A DNA stretch of 64,000 nt from Deltaproteobacteria bacterium (GCA_033763315.1 JANRKS010000032.1:384001-448000); one strand, 5' to 3'. Numbered from the stretch's first letter, positions 49,504 to 59,501 are shown. The notes: a model not told the origin generated them from the sequence alone. Translations and numbers: made by a program.

Positions 49504-50621
49504 TGGCAAGGCGCGTGTCATTGCCCGCGGTTCGCGTGGGCCTGTTCGCTGTCGCTGCGCTTGTGTGGGGGTGTTCCGAGTTGCCGCTCGGCTCGCCTGA
49601 CGCTGAAGATGTGATACCAGCTGCTGACGCCGCCGCCGGCGGGACCTCGGTGTTGCCGATGGGCGGCCAGGGGGCGTTGGCGCTGCTTGGCGGCGGCGGC
49701 CAACCTTCTGGCGGGACCGCTGGCGTGCCTTCAGGCGGCGGTGGCACACCCAACACCGGTGGCACACCAAACACAGGTGGTGCCTTCAACACAGGTGGCA
49801 CACCAAACACTGGCGGCACACCAAACACTGGCGGCACACCAAACACAGGTGGCACACCAAACACTGGCGGCACACCGAACACAGGTGGGGCCCCCAACAC
49901 TTGTCAACCCGAGCGCATCACTTGCTCAATCATGACGCGCACCGTGTGCGATGCGAGTGGCACCGTCGCGACCACCTGCCAATTTGGCTGCCTGACTGGC
50001 ACCACAGATTGCCGCGAGTGCCCCACCGATGGCGTCATCGATTGCCCTTCAAACACCACCACACGCTCGTGTACCAACGGCCGATGGACCGCGACCACCG
50101 CCTGCTTGGCCACCAAGGTGTGCGAGGCCAACAAGGGCTGCGTGTGTCCCGCAGGCCAAGGCTCGTTGCTTGGCAAATGCTACGAAACAGCCGGTTTCAC
50201 AGTGCCCTTCAACTATCTGGGGACTGTTAGCCCAGGCTTTCTTTATGTTCAGAAGATGAATCTTTCAAGGGCCGGCAACGTTGTGGGCCTAGGGATGCTG
50301 GGGCAAACTGGATCGGGCCGCGCCCGCATGGTTCTTTATAAAGACGCCAGTGGCCCTTCATCGCTTGTTTCTGAAACACCCCCTTTTGACGTGTTCAGAG
50401 GCCAAGTGAACGTCGCGGCCACCGCCACAGTCGCCGTCACGGCGGGTGCGTATTGGGTGGGCGCGGTCTTCGAAACCACAGGCAAGTTCAACCAAGACTA
50501 CAACACCTCGGTGAACGCACGCACGCGGGCTCACCCTTTCACGACATCGTTTCCGGCGACGTTTGGCAGCGGCACAGATTCGACGCCGCCACCCATCAAC
50601 TACTACGTGCTGATCGAATAG
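49503..50621 (+). CDS. Lipoprotein with GGTPNT repeat linker, Cys-rich region and C-terminal beta domain
   Basis: Lipobox VWGC; start overlaps the upstream stop (TAATG). Confidence 0.8.
   Translation: MARRVSLPAVRVGLFAVAALVWGCSELPLGSPDAEDVIPAADAAAGGTSVLPMGGQGALALLGGGGQPSGGTAGVPSGGGGTPNTGGTPNTGGAFNTGGTPNTGGTPNTGGTPNTGGTPNTGGTPNTGGAPNTCQPERITCSIMTRTVCDASGTVATTCQFGCLTGTTDCRECPTDGVIDCPSNTTTRSCTNGRWTATTACLATKVCEANKGCVCPAGQGSLLGKCYETAGFTVPFNYLGTVSPGFLYVQKMNLSRAGNVVGLGMLGQTGSGRARMVLYKDASGPSSLVSETPPFDVFRGQVNVAATATVAVTAGAYWVGAVFETTGKFNQDYNTSVNARTRAHPFTTSFPATFGSGTDSTPPPINYYVLIE
49740..49901 (+). repeat. Nine-copy 18-bp coding tandem repeat (GGTPNT)
   Basis: Unit GG(T/C)GGCACACCAAACAC(A/T); two variant units (GGAFNT, GGAPNT). 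Confidence 0.92.
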
Positions 50622-50693
50622 CCACAGTCCTGTGTTGAACTTGTCATCGCATCGGCACGCCGCGGTCACCGCGGCCTCGATACGATGCAACGT

Positions 50694-52610
50694 ATGCCAA
50701 CGCGCCGAACCTTGCTGGGCCACGCGGCCAAAGGAGCCGCGGTTACCGCTGCGTGGCCGGCCACCAAGATCCTCGGCGCATCGCGAAGCAGTTTGTCGGC
50801 GGTCAAACACGTCGTTATCTTCAGCCAAGAAAACCGCTCGTTCGACCACTACTGCGGCACCATGGGCGGCGTGCGCGGTTACGGCGATCGGCACCCGGTC
50901 CGCCAGCCCAATGGCGACGTGGTGTTTGCGCAACGAACCCGCGGGGGAAAGGTTGTGTACCCGTACCGGCTGGCTTCAGGTATCACGTCGGGCCAATGCG
51001 TGGGCGAAGTGGCGCACGATTGGAGCACGGGAACGGACGCCCTTAACGACGGCCACATGGATGGCTGGGGCCGGCACAAAGGCCATAAAGCGATGTCGTA
51101 CTACACGCGCGCAGACATCCCCTACTTCTATGGCCTCGCTGATGCGTTCACGCTTTGTGATGCCTACTTCTGTTCGTTCAACGGACCTACGAATCCAAAC
51201 CGCCTCTTCATGATGACTGGCACCATCGATGCCGGTGGCCGCCACGAGGGCCCCATCACCGACAACCACGAGCCTGGTTTTTCGTGGACCACGTACCCGG
51301 AGCGCTTACAAACCGCCGGCGTGTCATGGCGCATCTACCAGGAAGAAGATAACTACGACAACAACGCGCTCGCCTGGTTCAAACAGTTTCGCGACGCCCC
51401 TCGTTCATCGCCGCTTTACCAAAACGGCATGCATCGTTGGCCGCGATCGCAGTTCGCGTCCGACGTGCGCAACAACACCTTGCCAGCCGTGTCGTGGATC
51501 TTGGCCCCGACTGAGTTCTCAGAACACCCCGAACACTCGCCGAACCGGGGCATGCACTTCGCCGCGCAAAATTACATCGCCGCGCTCGCGGCGAACCCCG
51601 ATGTGTGGGCCACCACGGTGTTCATATGGACGTACGACGAAAACGGCGGCTTTTTCGATCACGTCGTGCCACCGATGCCTGCGCCGGGCACACAGGATGA
51701 AATGATCGATGGGCGTCCCCTCGGCTTAGGGCCGCGCGTCCCAACGCTGATCATGTCGCCTTGGAGTCGTGGCGGCGCCGTTTGCAGCGAGGTTTTCGAT
51801 CACACCTCGTTGCTTCGCTTTTTGGAAGTTTGGACGGGCGTGCAAGAGCCCAACATCAGCGCCTGGCGGCGAACCGTTTGTGGTGATCTGACGTCAGCTT
51901 TCGATTTCACTTCCATGACAGTTGCGTTTCCCGGCTTGCCCGATCCGCAGCCCGCCGCCGATTTAGCCGTGCAAAACTGCGAGTCGTTGCGACGCGCGGC
52001 TCCTGCCGATGAGAACGCCGTGCCGCCGCAAGAAGAGCGGCTAAAGCCTTTGCGCGTGTCACCTTACCGCTTTGAAGCGGAGCTCACTGTGCAAGCGCAC
52101 GCACAGAGGCTGAAGTTGACGGTAGCAAATGCAGGTGCTGTGGGCGCTAGCTTTCACGTGCGCCAACCTGAATCGGCGCCATTGCACTTTACAGCCAGCG
52201 CAGGCCAGGTTCAGCGCGTGAACCTCGGGATCAAGAACAATGTCTACGACGTTGAACTGCATGGTCCTGTCGGGTTCTTCCGGGGGTGGCAAGGGCGGCT
52301 TCTGGAGGGCGAGCCTCAGCTTGAAGTCACCGTCGATGCGGCCCAACGCAAGCTCGCTGTGATCGTGGCGAACCCATGTGAGCAACAACTTGCCCTCGAG
52401 CTTTCCTCGCCTTTGGCAGGCCTCGTAGACCAATGCCGATCGATGGTGGTCCCAGGGCGAAGCTCCTTCGCGCTTTCGCTTCCGTGCGCCAGCGGCTGGT
52501 ACGACTACGTTTTCACCTGCGAAGACGTATTGCACTGGAAGCGCCAGCTCGCGGGCCATGTCGGAGCCCGCGCGACGATCAGCGGCGGACCATCCCAAAG
52601 CGCCGCCTGA
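50694..52610 (+). CDS. Phosphocholine-specific phospholipase C, Tat-exported
   Basis: TRRTLL Tat signal; QENRSFDHY, GPTNPNR, SEHP, YDENGGFFDHV, DHTS, WRRTVCGDLT. Confidence 0.93.
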   Translation: MPTRRTLLGHAAKGAAVTAAWPATKILGASRSSLSAVKHVVIFSQENRSFDHYCGTMGGVRGYGDRHPVRQPNGDVVFAQRTRGGKVVYPYRLASGITSGQCVGEVAHDWSTGTDALNDGHMDGWGRHKGHKAMSYYTRADIPYFYGLADAFTLCDAYFCSFNGPTNPNRLFMMTGTIDAGGRHEGPITDNHEPGFSWTTYPERLQTAGVSWRIYQEEDNYDNNALAWFKQFRDAPRSSPLYQNGMHRWPRSQFASDVRNNTLPAVSWILAPTEFSEHPEHSPNRGMHFAAQNYIAALAANPDVWATTVFIWTYDENGGFFDHVVPPMPAPGTQDEMIDGRPLGLGPRVPTLIMSPWSRGGAVCSEVFDHTSLLRFLEVWTGVQEPNISAWRRTVCGDLTSAFDFTSMTVAFPGLPDPQPAADLAVQNCESLRRAAPADENAVPPQEERLKPLRVSPYRFEAELTVQAHAQRLKLTVANAGAVGASFHVRQPESAPLHFTASAGQVQRVNLGIKNNVYDVELHGPVGFFRGWQGRLLEGEPQLEVTVDAAQRKLAVIVANPCEQQLALELSSPLAGLVDQCRSMVVPGRSSFALSLPCASGWYDYVFTCEDVLHWKRQLAGHVGARATISGGPSQSAA

Positions 52611-52625
52611 CGCGTCTATCTGCGC

Positions 52626-53711
52626 TCAGCTTGCCAACTCGATCATCCGCAGCATGGCGCGCGCCGCGCCCTCGCGTACGTTGTCGGGCACCGTGATCAA
52701 GCGTTCTGCCGGTTCGTCACGCAGCGTTTCGTACACCGATTCCAAATCGGTCGCCTTCATGTACTGGCACAAGCGGCACGGCTTATAGAACTGCTTTTCC
52801 GGGTGTTCAAGCTCCATGCGCACCACCAGGCCGCACTCGGTCAAGATGGCGTACTTCTTGATGTCGGGGTTGCCTTCCACGAATTTCGCCATTTGTGACG
52901 TCGACAGCACGTGATCGGCCGCGCGTTGCAGCTCGGGGCGCACCTCGCCGTGCACGATGATCGCTGTTTGCGGATCTTGAGCGCGAATCTTGTCGATGTC
53001 ATCGCGGGTCATCTGGTGATGCACATGGCACGCGCCTTCCCACGCGAACACGTTGCCCGCCATTCCGTCACGTTCACCCTGTTCGATCAGCGGTTGAACC
53101 ATGGACCAATATTCTTTAGGCGAAAACGTGTGCGGATCAGGCGGTGGCAAATACATCCGGTTGGTTTTGATGGCCACCTGGTAGGCCAAGTTTTGATCCG
53201 GCACGAACAAGATGTCGGGTGCGCCCAATCGATCCGCAATCTTCGCGGCGTTGGAGCTCGTGCAGCATGTATCTGAGATCGCTTTGACGTCGGCGTACGT
53301 GTTCACATAGGTCATCGTCACGAACTTGCGGCCCATCGAACGCAGAAACTCTTGCCGCTCTTCCACATCGGCTGCGTCCACTTCGGCAAGCGAACACAAC
53401 GCGCTCATGTTGGGCAGATACACGGGCCGCTGGGGGGCCAATGTGTAACAGCCCTCCGCCATGAACTTAACGCCGCAGAACACCACCATGCGCGCGTCGA
53501 GATCGCGCGCGCGCACCGCCAGTTCAAACGAATCGCCCACGTAATCGGCCACGGCTTGCACTTCGGGGACCTGGTAATTGTGCGCGGGCACAAACGCGTT
53601 CTTCTCGCGCTTAAGGCGCGCGATCTCTTGCCACAAAAAGCTCACGCGATCCGCAGCTTGTGCCTCGATGTTGCCCGAGCGAACCAATTTATCAACGGTG
53701 ATGAGCGACAT
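52626..53711 (-). CDS. nadA: Quinolinate synthase NadA
   Basis: AHNYQ, GDS, FCGVKFMAE, CSLA, YVNT, CTSSNA, PDQNL, CHVH, CQYM. Confidence 0.93.
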   Translation of the reverse strand: MSLITVDKLVRSGNIEAQAADRVSFLWQEIARLKREKNAFVPAHNYQVPEVQAVADYVGDSFELAVRARDLDARMVVFCGVKFMAEGCYTLAPQRPVYLPNMSALCSLAEVDAADVEERQEFLRSMGRKFVTMTYVNTYADVKAISDTCCTSSNAAKIADRLGAPDILFVPDQNLAYQVAIKTNRMYLPPPDPHTFSPKEYWSMVQPLIEQGERDGMAGNVFAWEGACHVHHQMTRDDIDKIRAQDPQTAIIVHGEVRPELQRAADHVLSTSQMAKFVEGNPDIKKYAILTECGLVVRMELEHPEKQFYKPCRLCQYMKATDLESVYETLRDEPAERLITVPDNVREGAARAMLRMIELAS

Positions 53712-53747
53712 TGTCTTTCTCTTGCATAGCGCGTGGCACAGCGATCG

Positions 53748-55436
53748 TCACAGCCCTTTGAGCTGGGCTTGCCCGCTTGCCTTGGCTTTCGCCATCGCCG
53801 CCCGCCGCAGCTGCCCACCCGTGGGCCCACGTCCAAGCTTCGCACGCGTTTTCTCGCCGTGACCCGGCCCTAAAATGTCGCGCAAGTAGGCCGTCAACTC
53901 GAATGTGTCCGAGTGCTTTTCATTGTGGCACTGCTTGCACGTGGTTTCGGGCACCGCCGTATGAACGGTGGCCGGCTCGTCCAGGCCTTCTTCGGCCACG
54001 TGCAGCGAGCCTGGCCCATGGCACACCTCGCACTGCACAGATTCAAGTGCCTTCGTGAATCCAAGAGATGTGCCGCCCACTTGTCCGTATCCCGTCACGT
54101 GGCAGCCCACGCATTCGAGATCGGCTTGTTTGCCGCCATCCACAAGTGTTTTCCATGCGTGTGCATGCACGGTGGTTTTCCAGAACTTCATCTCGGGCTT
54201 GTGGCAGCGCGCGCATGAAGCATCGCCCACATAGTGTGCGCGTGCCGGCTCCGCTTTGGGAGGCGGCGTTGCGGCCGCCAAATTGATGGCGCCGATGGCT
54301 TTGTCCAAAGCGCGCATCGCTGTGGTCACCTGCTTGTCTTGTGGCAAAGCGCGCCGCATGGGTAGCAACTCGTTCACGAAGAACGAGCCGTTGGCGGGGG
54401 GGGCCCATCGCCCTGGCAACGCTTGCTGCTCGGCCACCAGCGCCTCGTATTCGCGCTGCTTGCTGGTCACGAACGCGGCGTCCGCTGTCTTGTCTTGTTT
54501 CCAAACGGTGAGCTGCTTCGCGAGGTTGTCGGCCGTGCGACGCAGCTCAAGCCGCCGCGCTTGCAGGGCCGCCTCGCTGCCGGCGTCTTGCAGTGGCTCA
54601 TAACCGCCCCCCGCCTTCGGGCGCAGCACCACTTCGATGCGTCCGGCTTTTTGCAACTCCGCCGCCGCCGATACGATGAACGTGCTGCCCACGCCATCGG
54701 CCTTTTCCATTCCCGCTTCGGTGGCCGTGCCAAGCACGATGAAGTCTGCACCGGCTTTACGTGCCAGTTTGCGCGCCATGGGGCGATCCACCGCGGCCAC
54801 CACCACCACCAAATCGGCGCCAGCGGCACGCAACCGCGTTACGTCCTTTGCGGCTGCCGCCACCGGCTCGTCGGCCGCCAGCTTCGCAAGCGCCGCCACT
54901 TCGGGCTCCACCACGCCGATGACGCCCACCTTAACGTTGCCGACCTGCCGTAGCTCTGCCGCTCGCACCCCGGGCCCACGCGCGTTGGCGGCCAGCCGGG
55001 GAGGCTGCACAAACGCCGCGCCCGCCGCCAGATCGGCCGCGCCCAGTGCCGAACCCGCCAACCCCAACGCCGTGAGGCGCTCGGCCAGAAATTGCGCCTT
55101 GAGTTTGGCGGCTGCCAGCTTCTCCGGCGGGATGCCGAGCGGAAACAGCATGTTGCCGCCATCCACCAGCAGCACCGGTCCCCGCTTTTGCGCCGCACGC
55201 ACGACGCTGGCATAGCGGTCGATGCCACCCAGCGGGTCGCTGTTGCAGCCGCAGGGCTCTAAGGTGCCGCCGATCGCGCTTGTGTAGAAGATGGTCACGC
55301 GCGCTTCTTTGGTGTTGGGTGTGCCAGCGAAGGCTGGCGCTCGCCCACAGACCAGGGCCATCCAAAGAATTGTTTGAATCAATCGCAGGCGGCGCCCGCC
55401 ACGGTGCGCTGGTCGGGCCATCGAGGGCTTCGTCAT
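53748..55436 (-). CDS. UshA/5'-nucleotidase-like domain fused to tetraheme cytochrome c (c554-like)
   Basis: GTLEPCGC..GGIDR, VDGGN; four CxxCH (CARCH, CVGCH, CEVCH, CKQCH); signal peptide. Confidence 0.85.
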   Translation of the reverse strand: MTKPSMARPAHRGGRRLRLIQTILWMALVCGRAPAFAGTPNTKEARVTIFYTSAIGGTLEPCGCNSDPLGGIDRYASVVRAAQKRGPVLLVDGGNMLFPLGIPPEKLAAAKLKAQFLAERLTALGLAGSALGAADLAAGAAFVQPPRLAANARGPGVRAAELRQVGNVKVGVIGVVEPEVAALAKLAADEPVAAAAKDVTRLRAAGADLVVVVAAVDRPMARKLARKAGADFIVLGTATEAGMEKADGVGSTFIVSAAAELQKAGRIEVVLRPKAGGGYEPLQDAGSEAALQARRLELRRTADNLAKQLTVWKQDKTADAAFVTSKQREYEALVAEQQALPGRWAPPANGSFFVNELLPMRRALPQDKQVTTAMRALDKAIGAINLAAATPPPKAEPARAHYVGDASCARCHKPEMKFWKTTVHAHAWKTLVDGGKQADLECVGCHVTGYGQVGGTSLGFTKALESVQCEVCHGPGSLHVAEEGLDEPATVHTAVPETTCKQCHNEKHSDTFELTAYLRDILGPGHGEKTRAKLGRGPTGGQLRRAAMAKAKASGQAQLKGL

Positions 55437-55552
55437 GATTTGCGGGCTATTTATGCCACGGAAGTGGCAGATGGTCGTTGCGCTCACCTCGGTTGCCGGC
55501 TATTCCTGGTCACCCGATTCGCCCGGTCACGACGTTCCCTTGGGACGTTCCC

Positions 55553-55581
55553 TTGACAGGGCGGTTCTGAAAAAGTAGTTT
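55553..55581 (+). promoter_or_regulatory. Sigma-70 promoter of the rpsP operon
   Basis: TTGACA 55553-55558, 17-nt spacer, TAGTTT 55576-55581. Confidence 0.7.
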
Positions 55582-55615
55582 GTGCCGCTCTTCTCCGAGG
55601 ATCACGAGGATCATT

Positions 55616-55873
55616 ATGTCCGTTTCCCTTCGTTTGACGCGCGTTGGGGCCAAGAAGGCTCCGTTTTACCGAATTGTTGCGGCTGACAGCCGTAGCCCCC
55701 GTGATGGTCGTTTCATCGAGCAGATCGGCGTGTTTGACCCCCTGCGCACCCCACCCGAGCTCCGGCTTGACGTGGATCGCGCTGCCTACTGGTTGAAGAA
55801 CGGGGCCCAAGCCTCGGACACTGTCGACGGTCTGCTTCGGACCGCCCGCAAGGCGGCGGCGGAAGCTAAGTAA
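55616..55873 (+). CDS. rpsP: 30S ribosomal protein S16
   Basis: [35 protein letters not shown]. Confidence 0.98.
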   Translation: MSVSLRLTRVGAKKAPFYRIVAADSRSPRDGRFIEQIGVFDPLRTPPELRLDVDRAAYWLKNGAQASDTVDGLLRTARKAAAEAK

Positions 55874-55883
55874 AGGGGCGCCC

Positions 55884-56165
55884 GTGAGTGAGGGCACCCT
55901 AGAGTCTACAGATGGCGTCGCGCAGGCAGAGGCTTTGCGCGACTTGCTCGATCATTTGGCCAAATCTCTGGTTGAAAGCCCCGAGAAGGTCGAGATCACC
56001 GAAATAGAAGAGCCCGACGCTCTTGTATTCGAGCTGCGCGTTGACGAAGCCGACTTAGGGCGCGTGATCGGCCGCCAAGGCCGCACCGCCAAGGCGCTTC
56101 GCACGGTGTTGTCCGCGGCCTCCGCCAAGATGAAGCGACGGGTCATCTTAGACATTATCGAGTGA
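55884..56165 (+). CDS. khpA: KH-domain RNA-binding protein KhpA
   Basis: DLGRVIGRQGRTAKALR; conserved position after rpsP. Confidence 0.93.
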   Translation: MSEGTLESTDGVAQAEALRDLLDHLAKSLVESPEKVEITEIEEPDALVFELRVDEADLGRVIGRQGRTAKALRTVLSAASAKMKRRVILDIIE

Positions 56166-56217
56166 TTTCACCTTCGCTTTTGCCAGCTTAGGTATATTGG
56201 CCCTAAGGTAGGGATTC

Positions 56218-56784
56218 ATGGGAAATCCCTTTGCTTACGACGATGCGCGATTGCCCTTGGGCGTGGTTGGTCGTGCCCATGCCACCCGCGGCGAGGTCAA
56301 TTTTCGCGCATACAACGAAGACAGCCGCACTCTTTCGAATGTGCCGCTGCCTTTTGCGGCTTTATTGGAAGACGCCCAGGCCCAGCGCCAAGAGGTCAAG
56401 ATCACCTCGGTGCGGTTCGTGCGCGACCACTTCCTGGTGCAATTCGAAGGCATCACCACCCGCGATCAGGCCGAGACGCTCACAGGCCGCGTGCTGTGGC
56501 TGGAGCGCAAACTGCTGCCGCCGCTTGGGCCGGGGGAATACTACTGGCAGGATCTCGTGGGCTGCGACGTCTTCGACCAGCATGACGAATCGTTAGGGAA
56601 GGTGCAGTCCGTCTTCAGCAACAAGGCACACGGCGTGGCCGTGGTGGTCTCGCCAGCGGGCGACGAACTCCTATTTCCGCTGGTGCCGGCCGTGCTGATG
56701 GACGTAAACATCAGTGAACGTCGGGTGCGGGTGGAACGTCTGCCCGAAGAAGATCTCAACGACGCCCACCTGCAATCCGATTGA
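56218..56784 (+). CDS. rimM: Ribosome maturation factor RimM
   Basis: [28 protein letters not shown]; operon context. Confidence 0.95.
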   Translation: MGNPFAYDDARLPLGVVGRAHATRGEVNFRAYNEDSRTLSNVPLPFAALLEDAQAQRQEVKITSVRFVRDHFLVQFEGITTRDQAETLTGRVLWLERKLLPPLGPGEYYWQDLVGCDVFDQHDESLGKVQSVFSNKAHGVAVVVSPAGDELLFPLVPAVLMDVNISERRVRVERLPEEDLNDAHLQSD

Positions 56785-56792
56785 ATCTTGGC

Positions 56793-57563
56793 ATGAACGC
56801 CCCGCCGCTTCACTGCGAACTCATCACGCTGTTCCCCGAGTTTTTCGCCAGTTTCGTCAGCACCAGTTTGCTTGGCAAGGCGCTGGACGCAGGCATGGTG
56901 CGGTTCGACTTCACGAACCCGCGGGATTTTTCCACCTCGAAGCACCGCACCGTTGACGACACCCCTTACGGGGGCGGCCCTGGCATGGTCCTGCAGGCGC
57001 CGCCGGTGGTGGCCGCCGTTGAACACGCCCTGACCGAGCGGGGCCCCGCTCACCGCATTTTGTTGTCGCCTCAGGGGCAAGTGTTTGACCAGCGGCTGTC
57101 CGAAACTTTAGCGGCCAAGCGCAGGCTGCTGTTTGTTTGCGGCCGTTACGAGGGCGTCGATGAACGCGTGGCTGAGCTGTGCGCCGACCAGGTCATTAGC
57201 ATCGGCGATTTCGTGCTTTCAGGCGGCGAGTTGGCCGCCGCCGTCATCATCGAAGCCGTGTCGCGCCTCATTCCCGGGGTTTTGGGTTCGCAGGCCTCCG
57301 TGGAAGATGAATCGCATGCCATCGGGCGTCTCGAATACCCGCAATACACGCGGCCTCCAGAGTTTCGTGGGCACAAGGTGCCCGACATCCTCATATCTGG
57401 GGATCACGCCAAGATCGCGGCCTGGCGCCGCAAACAAAGCTTTCTGCGGACTGTGGCTCGCCGGCCCGACCTGTTGTTATCCCATCCGCCGAGCGCTGAG
57501 GAGAGGGCTTGGGCGGCGGCCGCGGCGGCACAATCCGCTGACCCGGGCGACGAGCAGGTTTAG
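56793..57563 (+). CDS. trmD: tRNA (guanine-N1)-methyltransferase TrmD
   Basis: [46 protein letters not shown]. Confidence 0.97.
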   Translation: MNAPPLHCELITLFPEFFASFVSTSLLGKALDAGMVRFDFTNPRDFSTSKHRTVDDTPYGGGPGMVLQAPPVVAAVEHALTERGPAHRILLSPQGQVFDQRLSETLAAKRRLLFVCGRYEGVDERVAELCADQVISIGDFVLSGGELAAAVIIEAVSRLIPGVLGSQASVEDESHAIGRLEYPQYTRPPEFRGHKVPDILISGDHAKIAAWRRKQSFLRTVARRPDLLLSHPPSAEERAWAAAAAAQSADPGDEQV

Positions 57564-57629
57564 CTGACTCGCTGTCTTGACTTCCCCGCGATCTCCGCGT
57601 AGAGATGTCAGCCCTTCGCGAGACTTGTC

Positions 57630-58010
57630 ATGAGCCAGAACCCCATTATCCAGAGCATTGAAGCCTCTTACCTCAAGACGGAACTGCCGCAGTTTCGCCC
57701 CGGGGACAGCGTACGCGTTCACTCCAAGATTCGCGAAGGCGACAAAGAGCGCGTCCAGGTGTTCGAGGGCATCGTGATTGGCCGCAAACGCGGTGGCGCT
57801 CGCGCGTCGTTCACGGTTCGCAAGATTTCGTACGGTATGGGCGTGGAACGCGTGTTCCCGTCTCATTCCTCCCGCATCGAGAAGGTTGAAGTGGTCAGCC
57901 GCGGACATGTCCGTCGCGCTCGCCTCAACTTCCTGCGCGATCTGCAAGGCAAAGCCGCTCGCATCAAGAGCGATGTGGTCGGTTCGTCCGTCGCTCAGAC
58001 CGGCCGCTAA
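57630..58010 (+). CDS. rplS: 50S ribosomal protein L19
   Basis: [37 protein letters not shown]. Confidence 0.98.
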   Translation: MSQNPIIQSIEASYLKTELPQFRPGDSVRVHSKIREGDKERVQVFEGIVIGRKRGGARASFTVRKISYGMGVERVFPSHSSRIEKVEVVSRGHVRRARLNFLRDLQGKAARIKSDVVGSSVAQTGR

Positions 58011-58036
58011 GGCCACTCGGTTCCGCAGGCCAGGTT

Positions 58037-58069
58037 TAAAGCCGACTCCGCGTTGCGGGGCCGGCTTTA
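58037..58069. terminator. Hairpin between convergent rplS and yraN, probable bidirectional terminator
   Basis: TAAAGCCGACTCCGC-GTT-GCGGGGCCGGCTTTA. Confidence 0.65.
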
Positions 58070-58441
58070 TTCATGTGTGTCGAACGCGGCAGGCACGTGT
58101 TGGCAATCCCGCACCTGCCCCCCTTCGTCGAAGGTCACCGCCACCACGTCAAAGCGATACTCGCGCGCGGGCAGGGACTCTTCGCTTAAAAACAGGCGGG
58201 CCGCCCGGATCACCTGTGCCCGTTTCGACGCCGTAACTGTCTCCAGGGCGTGCCCCTGTTGGTCCCCGGTGCGAGAGCGGACCTCCACGAAAACGCACGT
58301 GCCGTCTTTGGTGGCCACAATGTCGAGCTCGCCTTGCGGCCGGCGCCAATTGCGAAACGCAATCGTGAAGCCTTGGCCTTCGAAAAGACGAACGGCGAGC
58401 TCCTCGGCCTGTTGGCCCAAAGCTCGCCGCTGCAGCGTCAT
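58067..58441 (-). CDS. yraN: YraN-family (UPF0102) protein
   Basis: LGQQAEELA, NWR..GELDIVA, FVEVRSR, RFDVVAV. Confidence 0.92.
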   Translation of the reverse strand: MTLQRRALGQQAEELAVRLFEGQGFTIAFRNWRRPQGELDIVATKDGTCVFVEVRSRTGDQQGHALETVTASKRAQVIRAARLFLSEESLPAREYRFDVVAVTFDEGGQVRDCQHVPAAFDTHE

Positions 58442-58459
58442 CTAAGCTCGCACGGAAGG

Positions 58460-58966
58460 CTAAAGAGCCTCGCAGGCCTTTGGCACCGGCGCCTTGCCCT
58501 TGGCGTCGACCTTCACGAAGTCTTTGCAGACGCACATTTTCTTGCAGGCCAGGGGGCCCACGACGAAGGGTTGAGCGCAAGCGAAGCCCTGGGTGCAACG
58601 CTTGTCGTTGGTGTTGTTCTTGTCCCGCGTCTCGGCCTCGTCGCAGTCCGAGTTCTTGGAGCACTCAGCCGTGCAAAACGCTGACGTTCCGCTGTTCACC
58701 ACGCCCTGGTCGTAGGAAGGCTGGATGCAGAGCCGGGTGGGGCATTCAAGCGCTTGATCGTTAAACACACCCGAGGTTTCAGTCGTGCTGGCGAGTACTT
58801 TGCAGGTTCGACCGATCGCCTGGTCTTCACAGGCCGAGGTGCCGAGGAGCGCTGCCGCCATTACGAAAAGTCCAAAACCGTTTGCCAGGTGGCCCCATCG
58901 GCCGCGTGAAACGTTACGGGTCAACTGCAGTAACCAAGCGCGCGAAGCACCAAATTGGGGGCGCAT
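58460..58966 (-). CDS. cglC: Gliding-motility lipoprotein CglC (GltK)-like
   Basis: Lipobox TSAC; IGRTC..ALEC..RLC..FCTAEC..C..CKKMCVC Cys pattern; adjacent to gltC; SD AAGGAG. Confidence 0.65.
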   Translation of the reverse strand: MRPQFGASRAWLLQLTRNVSRGRWGHLANGFGLFVMAAALLGTSACEDQAIGRTCKVLASTTETSGVFNDQALECPTRLCIQPSYDQGVVNSGTSAFCTAECSKNSDCDEAETRDKNNTNDKRCTQGFACAQPFVVGPLACKKMCVCKDFVKVDAKGKAPVPKACEAL

Positions 58967-59025
58967 GAAAGCTCCTTCGGGGTCCCGGTAGAGGACAAGC
59001 CTGTGCGGCTCGTCGAGGGTGAACA

Positions 59026-59054
59026 TTCTTAGGTCTTCGTCAGTAGAGTGTCAA
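59026..59054 (-). promoter_or_regulatory. Possible sigma-70 promoter for cglC
   Basis: Minus strand TTGACA, 17-nt spacer, TAAGAA. Confidence 0.45.
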
Positions 59055-59170
59055 CACGGCAGGAGGGTTGCTCGGGAAACCGCTGCGAAAAGTTCGATTT
59101 GGCCAGCAAAACCCACACATGACGTTTGTTTCTCAACACCTTACCACGAACGCTGCCGCTGGAGCTTCCC

Positions 59171-59200
59171 TTGACAGTTTCGATCGGGGTGCCTTAGCAT
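59171..59200 (+). promoter_or_regulatory. Probable sigma-70 promoter for gltC-gltD
   Basis: TTGACA 59171-59176, 18-nt spacer, TAGCAT 59195-59200. Confidence 0.6.
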
Positions 59201-59501
59201 GGGCCCCTTTCCGGACTCTTAAACTTATCTTCTGCCGGTCCGGTGTGGGCTTTGTGTCTTAAGAGTTTCGGCGCCCGGCGCCTTCTCGGCGTCAATGTGT
59301 CTGACTCGGTGCCTGTCTCGATGCTCATCCTCGACCCCCTTTGTGTTCTATGGCGTGAGGGCTTATTTGCTACCCTCCCGCTTCTTTGTTCTCTTCCTTG
59401 CTCCCTGCAACCCTAGCTTTGACCGTTGCCCCTTATCCCGTTGTCCCTCCTTGCTTTAGGGCACAACCAACATTTTCAGGACACCCGTGAGGACCCAAGA
59501 C

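Noticed and set aside
49740-49901. CRISPR array
   Set aside because: Units are contiguous in-frame coding repeats without spacers, and there are no cas genes.
55245-55253. Selenocysteine recoding at the CGC motif
   Set aside because: Both codons are TGC; there is no in-frame TGA.
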